This document shows, in pieces, positions 1 through 9,640 of a DNA stretch of 64,000 nucleotides. Under the pieces are notes generated by a model. It saw nothing but the letters and a program-made list of their open reading frames with translations. It ran no database searches and was not told where the DNA came from. This DNA comes from an uncultured Clostridia bacterium (GTDB lineage: Bacteria > Bacillota > Clostridia > Oscillospirales > Ruminococcaceae): assembly GCA_947631575.1 (NCBI GenBank), contig CANRLW010000005.1, forward strand, positions 4,264 through 68,263. Reading direction: 5' to 3'. Each line of letters starts with the position of its first letter. Position 1 is the first letter of the stretch. Position numbers and translations under genes: made by a program.

Positions 1-16
1 TTAGAAAGGACAAACT

Positions 17-1501
17 ATGAAATTCAAGAGATTTGACGTGCTTATAGTCGGCACGGGAATTTCGGGCATTTATGCGGCGCTCAACCTCGACCCCAAGCTT
101 AAAGTGCTTATGCTGTCGAAAAAGGAACTTTCGCTTTGCAACTCTGCGCTTGCGCAGGGCGGCGTTGCGGCAGTTATGGACAGCAAGAACGATGATTTTG
201 AGCTGCACATAAAGGACACGCTTATTGCGGGACAGTATAAAAACAATCTCGACAATGTAAAGATACTTGTCGAGCAAGGTCCTCGCGATGTTGAAAGACT
301 CGTAGAAAAATACGGAGTGGATTTCGACAGAAACGACGACGGCTCGCTTGCGCTGACACTTGAGGGCGGACATTCGCGCAGGAGAATTGCACATCACAAA
401 GACACAACGGGCAAGGAAATTGAAACCTGTCTTATTGCGCAGGTTGAAAAGCTGAAAAATGTTACCGTTATAAATCATTCGGTGCTGTGCAGACTTGAAA
501 AGGACAACGGGCTGTTCTTTGCTGACGTGTTCACCGAAAACGGCTCTCACGAATATTACTGCGCGAATTTTGTAATTATGGCGACAGGCGGAATAGGCAG
601 AGTGTATAAATATACGACAAACTCCGAAATTGCCACGGGCGACGGTATTGCTTTAGCTCACGACCTCGGCGCGGAGATAAAGAATTTAAGCTATGTACAG
701 TTTCACCCGACCGCTTTTGCCGACAAGAAAAACAACGAGTGCTTTCTTGTGTCGGAGGCAGTACGCGGAGAGGGCGCGTATCTCTTAAACTGCAACAAAG
801 AGCGTTTTATGCCCGCATATGAACCCGAAAGAAAAGAGCTTGCGCCGAGAGACGTTGTTTCAAAATGCATTATGGAAGAACAGAAGAAAACAGGCTCTGA
901 CGAATTCTGGCTCGATATTTCCTATAAAGACGCGGATTTCATCAAAAACCGTTTCCCGATGATCTATGAAAACGTGCTTGAAAAAGGCTATGACATGACA
1001 AAAGAGCCTATCCCGATATATCCCTGTCAGCACTATCTTATGGGCGGGATAAATGTAGACGGAAAAGGCGCTACAAATGTTCAGGGGTTGTACTCTGCGG
1101 GAGAATGTTCGCATACGGGCGTTCACGGAAAGAACAGGCTTGCGTCAAACTCTCTGCTTGAGGCACTTGTTTTTTCAAGGCTTATCGCCGAGGACATAAA
1201 CTCAAAGGATATTTCGGACAAGCAGCCCGAAACAGAATACCCCATGAGCGAGCCTGACGGAAAGCCTCTCACAAACAAAGCGGAAATTCAAGACGAGATA
1301 CGCTCTATTATGCAGAAAGCATATTTTGTCTACCCCGATTATGACGAAACAGAGAAAGGTCTTAAAAGGATAAAAGAGATAAAAGACGACCTCGAAAACG
1401 GCGGGTATGAGATAAACGCGGACCATACCGAAACAAGGTCGCTCGCGGTGGTTGCTTTTATAATCCTAAGTGAAATCTGGGAAAGGAGAAACGAAGAATG
1501 A
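17..1501 (+). CDS. nadB: L-aspartate oxidase
   Basis: FAD-binding GTGISG, SALAQGG, EGGHSRRRI, QFHPT, SEAVRGEG, HYLMGG and GVHGKNRLASNSLLE motifs; overlaps nadC. Confidence 0.95.
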   Translation: MKFKRFDVLIVGTGISGIYAALNLDPKLKVLMLSKKELSLCNSALAQGGVAAVMDSKNDDFELHIKDTLIAGQYKNNLDNVKILVEQGPRDVERLVEKYGVDFDRNDDGSLALTLEGGHSRRRIAHHKDTTGKEIETCLIAQVEKLKNVTVINHSVLCRLEKDNGLFFADVFTENGSHEYYCANFVIMATGGIGRVYKYTTNSEIATGDGIALAHDLGAEIKNLSYVQFHPTAFADKKNNECFLVSEAVRGEGAYLLNCNKERFMPAYEPERKELAPRDVVSKCIMEEQKKTGSDEFWLDISYKDADFIKNRFPMIYENVLEKGYDMTKEPIPIYPCQHYLMGGINVDGKGATNVQGLYSAGECSHTGVHGKNRLASNSLLEALVFSRLIAEDINSKDISDKQPETEYPMSEPDGKPLTNKAEIQDEIRSIMQKAYFVYPDYDETEKGLKRIKEIKDDLENGGYEINADHTETRSLAVVAFIILSEIWERRNEE

Positions 1502-2337
1502 TACTCCTGCCGTTTTATGTCGACGACCTTATAAAAACAGCGCTCAATGAAGATATAAACTATATCGACAGCACCGCAGATCTTCTTATTGACGAAAATT
1601 CAATTTCAAGCGCGTACTTTATGGCAAAGGCTGACGGAGTGCTTGCGGGAATTGAAATTGCACTGAGAGTGTTTACGATATTAGACCCCGATATGAAAAT
1701 GACAGTGTACAAAAAAGATGGGGACAAGATAAAAAAAGGCGAAGTCATCGCAGACTTCTGCGGTCACACGCGCCTTATGCTCAAAGCCGAAAGAACAGCG
1801 CTCAATATTTTACAGCATATGAGCGGAATTGCGACCTATACGAACAAGTGTGTTGAGGCTGTAAAAGGAACAAAAGCATCGATTACGGATACGCGAAAGA
1901 CACTTCCCGGGCTGCGTGCGCTACAGAAATACTCGGTGACGGTCGGCGGCGGCAGAAATCACCGCTATAATCTGACTGACGCGGCAATGCTCAAGGACAA
2001 CCACATTGACGCATATGGCGGCATTATTCCTGCGGTAAAAGCGCTCCGCAAAAAGGCGGGACATATGCTCCAGATAGAAGTTGAAACGCGGAATATTGAA
2101 GAAGTAAAAGAGGCGCTGGAGTGCAATGTAAATGTGATAATGCTCGACAATATGAGCACCGAACAGATGAAACAAGCCGTAGATCTTATAAACGGGCGGG
2201 CAAAGACAGAGGCATCAGGAAATGTGACGCTCGAAAACATTCGCGAGGTCGCTGAAACGGGTGTCGATATAATCAGCCTTGGCGCGCTTACGCACAGTGT
2301 TTCGGCGTTTGATATTTCAATGAAATGGAAAAAATAA
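1498..2337 (+). CDS. nadC: Nicotinate-nucleotide pyrophosphorylase (carboxylating)
   Basis: TRKTLPGLR, HRYNL, MLKDNH, IEVET, IMLDNM, EASGNVT and GALTHS motifs. Confidence 0.95.
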   Translation: MILLPFYVDDLIKTALNEDINYIDSTADLLIDENSISSAYFMAKADGVLAGIEIALRVFTILDPDMKMTVYKKDGDKIKKGEVIADFCGHTRLMLKAERTALNILQHMSGIATYTNKCVEAVKGTKASITDTRKTLPGLRALQKYSVTVGGGRNHRYNLTDAAMLKDNHIDAYGGIIPAVKALRKKAGHMLQIEVETRNIEEVKEALECNVNVIMLDNMSTEQMKQAVDLINGRAKTEASGNVTLENIREVAETGVDIISLGALTHSVSAFDISMKWKK

Positions 2338-2348
2338 CGGAGGATAAT

Positions 2349-2609
2349 ATGGCGGACGAAATTTTATACAGGTATGACACACAGCTTTTGATTGACGGTG
2401 AGAACATTGACGAGGACGAGCTTGACAGCTATATCCGCGAGCATTTTGTAGGCGACAGCCTGCTTGTTATTGCAGATGAGGATACGGCGAAAATCCATTT
2501 TCACACAAACGAGCCGTGGAAGATCCTCGAATATTGCCGAACGCTCGGTGAGATCTACGATATCGTCGTAGAAGATATGGTAAGACAAGCAAGAGGAGAT
2601 AAGGGATAA
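2349..2609 (+). CDS. Small stand-alone domain resembling the middle region of DAK2/FakA (YloV) proteins
   Basis: GDSLLVI...KIHFHTNEP...GEIYDIVVEDM pattern; start moved to the ATG at 2349 behind GGAGG. Confidence 0.65.
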   Translation: MADEILYRYDTQLLIDGENIDEDELDSYIREHFVGDSLLVIADEDTAKIHFHTNEPWKILEYCRTLGEIYDIVVEDMVRQARGDKG

Positions 2610-2611
2610 TA

Positions 2612-2974
2612 TAAGGGGGGACCCTTTTGAAAAAGGGTCCCCCCTTAAACCCCCTCCCAAAACTTTTATGTGCCGCCGCTGACGCGGCGGACGAAAGGCG
2701 AAAACCGCTGTAATAAGTAATAAGTTGTTTTGAGCGGCGAACCACTTTTATTCTTAAAACCACATAACGGGCGGCGCACAAAAGTTTTTTGAAGGAGAGT
2801 CCAGAGAGGAAACTTTTTTGAAAAAAGTTTCCTCTCTGGCAGGGGTGCGGGGACGGAGTCCCTGCGTTCTTCCCCCTTCCCCTTCGGGGAAGGGGGTCAG
2901 GGGGTTAGGGCGAATTAACGTTATTTAGAAAAATACCGTTTGAAAAGAACCACAAATAGATTTGTATACAAGAT
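2612..2974. repeat. Composite intergenic repeat locus: two inverted copies of hairpin module A, module B, degenerate MITE-like end
   Basis: GGGGACCCTTTTGAAAAAGGGTCCCC (2612-2680, minus sense) and CCAGAGAGGAAACTTTTTTGAAAAAAGTTTCCTCTCTGG (2801-2839); CCCCTTCCCCTTCGGGGAAGGGG at about 2872-2895; homologous copies elsewhere in window. Confidence 0.85.
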
Positions 2975-3008
2975 GAGGCAAGAACCGAAGTTCTTGCCTC
3001 TTTCTTCT
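2975..3008. terminator. Intrinsic terminator hairpin
   Basis: GAGGCAAGAAC-CGAA-GTTCTTGCCTC followed by TTTCTTCTT, between convergent genes. Confidence 0.75.
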
Positions 3009-3014
3009 TAACAA

Positions 3015-3284
3015 TTACATTACCTCGTGCTTTACACGAGCCTTTTCTTCGGCGCGCTTTGCGTTGTTGAAACGATCGAGCGTTCCTACGAGATAACCCG
3101 TTATCCTGCGGATACGCTGGAAAGGAACTTCCGCAAAGCTGTACTTTGCGTTTACATAGCCGCCGTCAAGCTCAAGCTCGATAGATCTGAGCGTCTTTTC
3201 GGGGTACTTCTCCTTCGCCTCGTTGATGTAATACTGAATTTCAGCTTCTGAAAGGCTTCCGCCCATAACGTTAATATCAATCAT
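3015..3284 (-). CDS. Small protein resembling the C-terminal glycyl-radical segment of anaerobic (class III) ribonucleotide reductase NrdD
   Basis: RIRRITGYLVGTLDRFNNAKRAEEKARVKH matches the NrdD C-terminus; ATG 3284 behind AGGAG. Confidence 0.75.
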   Translation of the reverse strand: MIDINVMGGSLSEAEIQYYINEAKEKYPEKTLRSIELELDGGYVNAKYSFAEVPFQRIRRITGYLVGTLDRFNNAKRAEEKARVKHEVM

Positions 3285-3396
3285 TTTTATCAATCTCCTA
3301 TCAATATTTTTGGGGTGTGATTAGAGTATAACACAATATCTTGTATATGTCAATTAGCAAAATACACAATTTTATTATAATTTTTTTGTACAAGCT

Positions 3397-4503
3397 TTAG
3401 ACAACGACCTTGTTCTTTCCGCTGTTTTTCCCCTCGTAAAGCCGTTTATCGGCAACCGATATAAGCATATCCATATATGTAGAAGACTGAGCGCCCGAAT
3501 TTATTTTAAGCTCTGTATAATTTGCAAGTCCAAATGTCATACTTACATTGATATTTTCTTCATCATAAACAAGACCGAGCTTGTTTATGTGCGATCTTAT
3601 TTTTTCAGTGCGGGCGAGGCAGTCGTTTCTTGTGCCTATAAGTATCATCAGAATTTCTTCGCCGCCCCAACGTACCGCAATGTCTTCCTCTCTGACTTCA
3701 TCAAGAAATACCTTTGCGACATTTTTCAGCACTATATCTCCGCAGTCGTGACCGTAGGTGTCGTTTATCTTCTTGAAATCGTCTATGTCGCCCATTATAA
3801 CGCAAAAGCTCTCTTCTTTCTTCATGAGCTCGTCAAAATAACCCCACAGGGCATGGCGGTTGTAAAGTCCGGTGAGCGCGTCATGTTCGGCTATGTATTC
3901 AAGCTCGTCGTTCTTTTTGCCAAGCTCTCTTATCAGCCCGGAGATCTCCGCACAGAACATCAGCGTAAATGCGCACAGGCAGACCATTGCGAAGAATATA
4001 TTGACGGTTTTCATTATGATCGTACCCGTAGCATTCAGGGTATGAATATTCATCAGCTCATAGAACGGACCGAAAATATTGTCGAAAACAACGCTTATTA
4101 TCAGCAGAATGACCGACGCGGACGTAAACAGAACGATCTGCTTTCTGAACTTTTCCCTGCTGCCGTAAAAGAACAGGCAATATGCCGCGATGGGAATTGT
4201 CAGCAGATAGTAAACATAAAAACCCACATCTACTCCGAGAAACAGCGTGCAGAGAAAAGCATGTACAACTATTTCGGAATAGATAGCGTTTATCCAGTTG
4301 TCTGCGTGCTCGGATACAGTGCCTTTGTCGCAGGCAGCCGCGCAGCATATGTAAAGGGTTACGCTCAGGACATTAAATCCCGCCAGCAAAAAATAACTAA
4401 GCGATGCAAATTCTATCAGAAAGGTCAGATGCGTCACGGCACAGCAAATACAGATGAGCCTGAATTTATTATCGACAGAAAATTTTGACGCATCAATTTT
4501 CAT
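3397..4503 (-). CDS. Membrane-bound diguanylate cyclase
   Basis: Hydrophobic N-terminal half; HDALTGLYNR, DIDDFKKINDTYGHDCGD, I-site REED and RWGGEEI active site. Confidence 0.9.
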   Translation of the reverse strand: MKIDASKFSVDNKFRLICICCAVTHLTFLIEFASLSYFLLAGFNVLSVTLYICCAAACDKGTVSEHADNWINAIYSEIVVHAFLCTLFLGVDVGFYVYYLLTIPIAAYCLFFYGSREKFRKQIVLFTSASVILLIISVVFDNIFGPFYELMNIHTLNATGTIIMKTVNIFFAMVCLCAFTLMFCAEISGLIRELGKKNDELEYIAEHDALTGLYNRHALWGYFDELMKKEESFCVIMGDIDDFKKINDTYGHDCGDIVLKNVAKVFLDEVREEDIAVRWGGEEILMILIGTRNDCLARTEKIRSHINKLGLVYDEENINVSMTFGLANYTELKINSGAQSSTYMDMLISVADKRLYEGKNSGKNKVVV

Positions 4504-4769
4504 CTTTTTCGCTCCCTCTTTAAATAAATTGCAGATATTTACCGATAACTAACACATACCTGCCCAAAACATTATAATCCCTAATACTAAAATTGTGATC
4601 TATTTCTTTCTCACAATAGGAAAAATTTTACAGACACGCTATAAAAATATCTTTTTATAATTATACCACAAACCGCGGAGAAAATCAACCGCTTTTTATG
4701 ACATCTACACAACTTATTGTTAAAAATTTTTTAGTGACACAACATTGAGTAAATTTTGCGCTTTTGGTA

Positions 4770-4798
4770 TTGACAAATTATTTTTTTTATGGTAATAT
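4770..4798 (+). promoter_or_regulatory. Sigma-A type promoter of rbr-rubredoxin operon
   Basis: TTGACA-17-TAATAT. Confidence 0.6.
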
Positions 4799-4838
4799 AA
4801 ATTTATCCAAAAATTTTATAAATCAGGAGGTTTTTATT

Positions 4839-5384
4839 ATGAAATATGTATGCCCTGTTTGCGGATACGTTTATATCGGCGAGTCCGCACCCGAGAAATG
4901 CCCTCAGTGCGGCGTTCCCGGAAGTAAGTTTAAGGTTATGGAAGAGGACAACAAGCTCGTGTTTGCCTGCGAGCATGAAGTTGGTATCATCGAGGGTGTT
5001 CCCGAGGAGATAGTTGAGGGTCTTCGCGCTAACTTTACGGGTGAGTGCACCGAGGTCGGAATGTATCTCGCTATGGCTAGAGCCGCTTTCAGAGAGGGCT
5101 ATGCCGAGGTCGGTATGTACTACGAAAAGGCTGCTTATGAGGAGGCTGAACACGCGGCAAAGTTCGCGGAGATGCTCGGAGAGGTAGTTTCCTCTTCTAC
5201 AAAGGAAAACCTCACAAAGCGTGTTGCCGCTGAACACGGCGCTACAGAAGGAAAGCTTGACCTCGCGAAAAAGGCTAAAGCGGCTAACCTCGACGCTATA
5301 CACGACACAGTTCACGAAATGGCTAAGGACGAGGCTCGCCACGGAAAAGCCTTTGAAGGTCTGCTCAACCGCTATTTCAAGTAA
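4839..5384 (+). CDS. rbr: Reverse rubrerythrin / NADH peroxidase
   Basis: N-terminal CPVCGY...CPQC rubredoxin-like domain then [23 protein letters not shown] di-iron motifs; ATG 4839 behind AGGAGG. Confidence 0.9.
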   Translation: MKYVCPVCGYVYIGESAPEKCPQCGVPGSKFKVMEEDNKLVFACEHEVGIIEGVPEEIVEGLRANFTGECTEVGMYLAMARAAFREGYAEVGMYYEKAAYEEAEHAAKFAEMLGEVVSSSTKENLTKRVAAEHGATEGKLDLAKKAKAANLDAIHDTVHEMAKDEARHGKAFEGLLNRYFK

Positions 5385-5404
5385 TTTTATCGGAGGAAAA
5401 TATT

Positions 5405-5560
5405 ATGGAAAAACACGTTTGCCCTTGCGGATATGTTTATGATCCCGCTGTAGGCGATCCCGACGGAGGAATTGCTCCGGGAACAAAGTGGGAGGATATT
5501 CCCGACGACTGGGTTTGCCCCGTTTGCGGACTGGGTAAGGACGCATTTGAGACGGAATAA
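5405..5560 (+). CDS. Rubredoxin (51 aa, not in ORF track)
   Basis: Hand translation [51 protein letters not shown]; RBS GGAGG. Confidence 0.92.
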   Translation: MEKHVCPCGYVYDPAVGDPDGGIAPGTKWEDIPDDWVCPVCGLGKDAFETE

Positions 5561-5563
5561 ATT

Positions 5564-5595
5564 AAAAACGGACTGCTTTTCGGCAGTCCGTTTTT
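5564..5595 (+). terminator. Intrinsic terminator
   Basis: AAAAACGGACTGC-TTTTCG-GCAGTCCGTTTTT. Confidence 0.85.
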
Positions 5596-5615
5596 CAGTA
5601 TACAGAGTACAATAT

Positions 5616-5672
5616 TGAACAACCTTTCCTCTAAAACTCTAACCTCTTACCTCTTATTTCTTACCTCTAAAA
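5616..5672. repeat. Heptamer tandem-repeat module C (TAACCTC/TTACCTC)
   Basis: Near-identical reverse complement of 58173-58229. Confidence 0.85.
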
Positions 5673-5721
5673 AAGACCGGCGTTATAAAACACCGGTCGT
5701 TTTTTAACTTTTGGGGTTTGT

Positions 5722-6630
5722 TTATCCCTTTACTGCGCCGAGAGCTACGCCCTTGATGATGAACTTTGAAAGTACGAGGTAGATAGCTACAACGGGCAGG
5801 ATAGAAAGTGTAACAACAAGATATCTTGCGCCGTAGTCGCTGAGCTTATCTGCCTGAAGTACAGTCTGTACCATCATAGGCATTGTCTTTAAACTGGTGT
5901 CCGCTGTACCGAGGAGCAGGGAGGGCGTATAGAAGTTGTTCCAGCTCGTAACAAAAGCGAATATCGCCTGTACCGCAAAAGCGGGCTTAAAGATAGGAAG
6001 TGCTATCTGCAAAAACGTTCTGAACTCTCCGCAGCCGTCTATTCTAGCCGCCTCGACTATTTCGAGCGGGAAAGACGAGCGCATATACTGGAGCATATAG
6101 AATACTACAGCAGGAGCCGCTATTGACGGAAGAATAAGAGCTAAATAAGCCTGAGGTCCGCCATAGAGGTTTAACTGGATCATAAACTGCAGGAAACCTG
6201 TAGATACAACCTGCATCGGGATCATCATGACCGCAAGTATAAAGTTCGTCGCAAATTTCTTTGCTTTGAAATCATAAACTACAAGTCCGTATGCTGTCAT
6301 TCCCGAGAAGAATACAGTAAATATCGTTGAGCAGCCCGCAATGATAAGGCTGTTTCTATAGCCGTCCCAAAGACGGAAACTGCTCGCGAAAAATCCGCCG
6401 TATACCTCTGGGTTTGTAATGGTATCCCAGTTCTTTCCGAGAGCACCGCTGAAGAAACTGATACCGCTGTCAATTATCTCGGAGTTGGTTCTTGTCGCGT
6501 TTGTGATGATTACATAAAGCGGGAACAAGCAGATGATAGTAAGTATAATGCAGACTATCAATCTGATTATAGAGTGAGTCATCAAACTCCTCTTATACGC
6601 CTTGTTGGACTGATTATAAGAATCTGCCAT
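5722..6630 (-). CDS. Carbohydrate ABC transporter permease
   Basis: EAARIDGCGEFRTF (EAA motif), FVTSWNNF, multiple TM segments. Confidence 0.9.
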   Translation of the reverse strand: MADSYNQSNKAYKRSLMTHSIIRLIVCIILTIICLFPLYVIITNATRTNSEIIDSGISFFSGALGKNWDTITNPEVYGGFFASSFRLWDGYRNSLIIAGCSTIFTVFFSGMTAYGLVVYDFKAKKFATNFILAVMMIPMQVVSTGFLQFMIQLNLYGGPQAYLALILPSIAAPAVVFYMLQYMRSSFPLEIVEAARIDGCGEFRTFLQIALPIFKPAFAVQAIFAFVTSWNNFYTPSLLLGTADTSLKTMPMMVQTVLQADKLSDYGARYLVVTLSILPVVAIYLVLSKFIIKGVALGAVKG

Positions 6631-6647
6631 AATAATTCACTCTCCTC

Positions 6648-7634
6648 TCAACCCTTTTTATGTTTCTTCTTCGGCGCGGTAGAGTCGGTATTGAACTTGT
6701 TTACAATCATGCCGAGAACAAGCGTGATTATAAAGAGAATAACAGATGCCGCCGCAGAAAGTCCGTAGTTCTTTACGCCGCCCGTGGTAAATCTCTCGTA
6801 TACATATACCGCAACAGTTCTCAATGCAGGATTTATGTTGGTAGCACCGCCTGTATGGAGCATATACGGGATATCGAACATCTGAAGTCCGCCGATAAGA
6901 GAAGTAATTACAACGTAAATGAAGATGGGCTTAAGAATAGGCATTGTAATTCTGAAGAATGTACTCGGTCCGCTCGAACCGTCTATAGCCGCCGCCTCGT
7001 AAATAGAAGGATCTATTCCGAAAATACCCGACATCAGCAACAGCATGGTATTTCCGAACCACATCCACGTTTGTATCATCATAACAATTAGTCGCGCCGA
7101 CCATGCGTTACTTACAAACATGATAGGCTCATTTATTATGCCTGCGCCCACCAGGAAAGAGTTCAATGCGCCGTAGCTGCTGTCGCTGAATATCATAAGA
7201 AATATAGCCGCAATAGACGCCGCCGTGATGATGTTCGGCATATACATAACTACCTTAAAGAAACCGTTTCCGGGAGTTTTAATTCTGACGTCGGAGAACC
7301 ATACTGCAAGCAGGAGTGAAAGTACGATCTGAACCACGAAGTTTCCTACCCAAAGAATAAACGTGTTTCCTATGGAGGTCATGAACGTATCATGGTTAGA
7401 CTGTGCAAACAAAGTATCTCCGCCGAAAAGCAGGTTGGCGTAGTTTTCAAAGCCTACGAACTTATTAAGTCCCTTGGTGGAGAAACCCTGGTTTCCGAAA
7501 AAGCTCAGTCTTATGGTGTTTATCAAAGGATAAAACATAAACAATGCGTAAATGATAAAAAACGGCGCAATGAAGATATAGCCATATTTTGAATAGCTTA
7601 CCATCTTGTGCTGTTTTGTCGTCGCATTTGCCAT
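6648..7634 (-). CDS. Carbohydrate ABC transporter permease
   Basis: YEAAAIDGSS EAA motif, IGGLQMFD; start moved to the ATG at 7634 behind AGGGG. Confidence 0.9.
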   Translation of the reverse strand: MANATTKQHKMVSYSKYGYIFIAPFFIIYALFMFYPLINTIRLSFFGNQGFSTKGLNKFVGFENYANLLFGGDTLFAQSNHDTFMTSIGNTFILWVGNFVVQIVLSLLLAVWFSDVRIKTPGNGFFKVVMYMPNIITAASIAAIFLMIFSDSSYGALNSFLVGAGIINEPIMFVSNAWSARLIVMMIQTWMWFGNTMLLLMSGIFGIDPSIYEAAAIDGSSGPSTFFRITMPILKPIFIYVVITSLIGGLQMFDIPYMLHTGGATNINPALRTVAVYVYERFTTGGVKNYGLSAAASVILFIITLVLGMIVNKFNTDSTAPKKKHKKG

Positions 7635-7690
7635 AAAAACACCCCTTTTGTTAAAAATTTTTTGTATATATTTTTTTGTCAAAAAAATCA

Positions 7691-7727
7691 ATATACTGCT
7701 TACGGGATTTCTCCCGTAAGCGTATAT
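7691..7727. terminator. Intergenic stem-loop between binding-protein and permease genes
   Basis: GCTTACGGGA-TTTC-TCCCGTAAGC; typical mRNA-stabilising/attenuating hairpin in ABC operons. Confidence 0.65.
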
Positions 7728-7774
7728 TGCAAAAAATCACTATTTTACAGCTATACCGTTTAACTAAATTCTAA

Positions 7775-9112
7775 TTAAACGATCTCGCCGTAGGTTTCAC
7801 TAACCTTAGCCTTGAACGCAGCAACAGCGTCGTCAACAGTTGCGTGCTTGCCGTTTATAGCATAATCCTGAACAGCCTGGTTGAATGCGCCCTTGATTAC
7901 AGAGTCATACTTTGTAACAGAAAGGTTAACCTTGTCAGCACTCTTGTAGAGTACGCCGAACTGGTGGATACCGTCCTTGAAGAGCTTGTTTGTAAGAGTA
8001 GTATCTTTTGCTACTTCTTCCATAACCTTGCTGTTGTTCATAAGGTCGCCGCTCTTCTTCGAGTACTCTGCCATTGTATCTTCGTTGATAGAGAATGTTT
8101 CGATCCACTTCTTAGCGAGGCTCTTGGAGTTGCACTTAGAAGTTACCTGCATATATGTGCCGCCCCAATACCAGCTTGCAGGACCTTCGCAAAGACCGAG
8201 AACGCCTGTCTCGTCGCCTGCAAAGTTGTTAGCTATAGAAGTTCCGTTATCAACAACGCCCCATGTAGGTGCAAAGTCGCCGAGAGCCTTACCTTCTCTG
8301 ATTACGTTGTACCAAGGATCTGACCACTGAGTTTCCTTTGTAACATAGCCCTTATCAACATACTTCTTAACCATATCGATAAAGTCGGTAGCAAAGCTGT
8401 CTACAACGAGCTTGCCGTCCTGAACCCACTGAGAAGTTCTCTCGCACTGCTTAACCTGCCAGAGACCGCCCTCTGTTGCGCAGAGAGCAACCCCGTGTTC
8501 GGTAGCGAGCTTTTCAGCTGTCTGCTCGAAAGTATCCCAGTCTTTTACAAGAGCCTGCATCTCATCGGGAGTCTTAACTCCGAGATATTCTTCAGCATAG
8601 TCTGCTCTGTAAACAAATCCGCCGGGAGTAGCCTGCCATGTAGCGCCGACAAACTGACCAGCCTCGTTTGTACCTACCTTAATAGTATAAGGATAAGCAT
8701 TCGGGAAATCGCTCTCGCTAAGTCCGAGAGAAGAAAGCGGTGTTACATAGTCGTTTTCGTTGTTTGCATAAAGTGCTGTCCAGTCAGCATCGCAGAAGAT
8801 AAGGTCTGCGTCGCCGGAGCCATCGAGATAAGCGCCGTAGTTATCACGTGCATCTTCGCCCTTTGCACCAACCTTTGCCCAAACTACTTTCTCCTTGGGT
8901 GTACCTGTAGCCTCGCAGAAGTAGTCTATAAGACCCTGCATATCGCTGTTTGTTTCCCAAGCCAGAATGGTCAAGGTATCATCGTCATCTGTAAGTTCTG
9001 CTACGGGCAACGTATGAGGACCTGTAGCCCCGTCGTTGTTACAGCCTGAGAAAGACACTGCCGCAAGAGCAGCCGCAGAAGCTAAAACTCCTGCCAATAT
9101 TCTTTTCTTCAT
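7775..9112 (-). CDS. Sugar ABC transporter substrate-binding lipoprotein
   Basis: Lipobox FSGC, YRADYAEEYLG, WGGTYMQV; adjacent to two permeases. Confidence 0.88.
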   Translation of the reverse strand: MKKRILAGVLASAAALAAVSFSGCNNDGATGPHTLPVAELTDDDDTLTILAWETNSDMQGLIDYFCEATGTPKEKVVWAKVGAKGEDARDNYGAYLDGSGDADLIFCDADWTALYANNENDYVTPLSSLGLSESDFPNAYPYTIKVGTNEAGQFVGATWQATPGGFVYRADYAEEYLGVKTPDEMQALVKDWDTFEQTAEKLATEHGVALCATEGGLWQVKQCERTSQWVQDGKLVVDSFATDFIDMVKKYVDKGYVTKETQWSDPWYNVIREGKALGDFAPTWGVVDNGTSIANNFAGDETGVLGLCEGPASWYWGGTYMQVTSKCNSKSLAKKWIETFSINEDTMAEYSKKSGDLMNNSKVMEEVAKDTTLTNKLFKDGIHQFGVLYKSADKVNLSVTKYDSVIKGAFNQAVQDYAINGKHATVDDAVAAFKAKVSETYGEIV

Positions 9113-9281
9113 TGGTTTTTCCTCCTAAATGTTATGAGCCTTATCTTATTCCTTATGAATATTCAAAGGCCGGATTCGAGCCTAAAATGATATGGAAATC
9201 ACTGCTCGTTTACACTGTTAGTTTAACACATTTTTTTCACTTTTGCAAGTGCTTTTTTTTAATTTTTTTCCAAGCGTTTTC

Positions 9282-9295
9282 GGAAAACGTTTTCA
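9282..9295. promoter_or_regulatory. LacI-family/cre-like operator upstream of sugar ABC operon
   Basis: Palindrome GAAAACGTTTTC (minus strand TGAAAACGTTTTCC) just upstream of TTGCAA-17-TAAACT. Confidence 0.5.
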
Positions 9296-9590
9296 ATTTT
9301 TTCTTATTGTCTATTTTGCCGACTTTTTAACTTTATAACTTAAATTATGTTTTATTATAAAAAAGCCCGTAAACCCTTTATTTAATCACGTTTTCACAAA
9401 GCTTTCACTTTTTACTTAACTAATTTTCACTTTCAAACGTCAAATGTTACTGAATTGTAACTTTTATTTTGTGCATTATGCTGATTTTGATTTTTGAACA
9501 ACAAAACCCGTATAATTTGAGTAAATTACTTAAATCAGACTGTAGATAACAAAAATGTGAACAGGCAAAAGCAATTGAACTCAAAGAGCA

Positions 9591-9630
9591 AAAAACGCTC
9601 CGCCGCAAAAGCCTTTTTTTGCAACGGAGC
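9591..9630 (-). terminator. Terminator after carboxylase operon
   Basis: CGCTCCG-[c/tt]GCAAAA inverted repeat with flanking A/T runs. Confidence 0.65.
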
Positions 9631-9640
9631 GCTTGTTTTA

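Noticed and set aside
2727-2760. GTTTTGAGCGG...AAAAC motif resembling a type II CRISPR repeat (also 21133, 21405, 22742)
   Set aside because: Copies are dispersed and divergent, there is no regular repeat-spacer array and no cas gene in the window; treated as part of the intergenic repeat family.
2364-2781. ORF-track entries over repeat loci (also 22727-22957, 28608-28844, 30509-30817, 21136-21318)
   Set aside because: They are translations of palindromic repeat DNA with no RBS or coding signature.
3589-4488. 299-aa plus-strand ORF
   Set aside because: Antisense shadow of the GGDEF gene; no RBS or motif.
4504-4760. Possible c-di-GMP riboswitch next to the diguanylate cyclase
   Set aside because: No GEMM-type GGCAAAC/GAAA signature found; the region is AT-rich promoter DNA.
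5722-9112. Sugar ABC operon lacking an ATPase gene
   Set aside because: Common in Firmicutes, where a shared MsmX/MsiK-type ATPase is encoded elsewhere.
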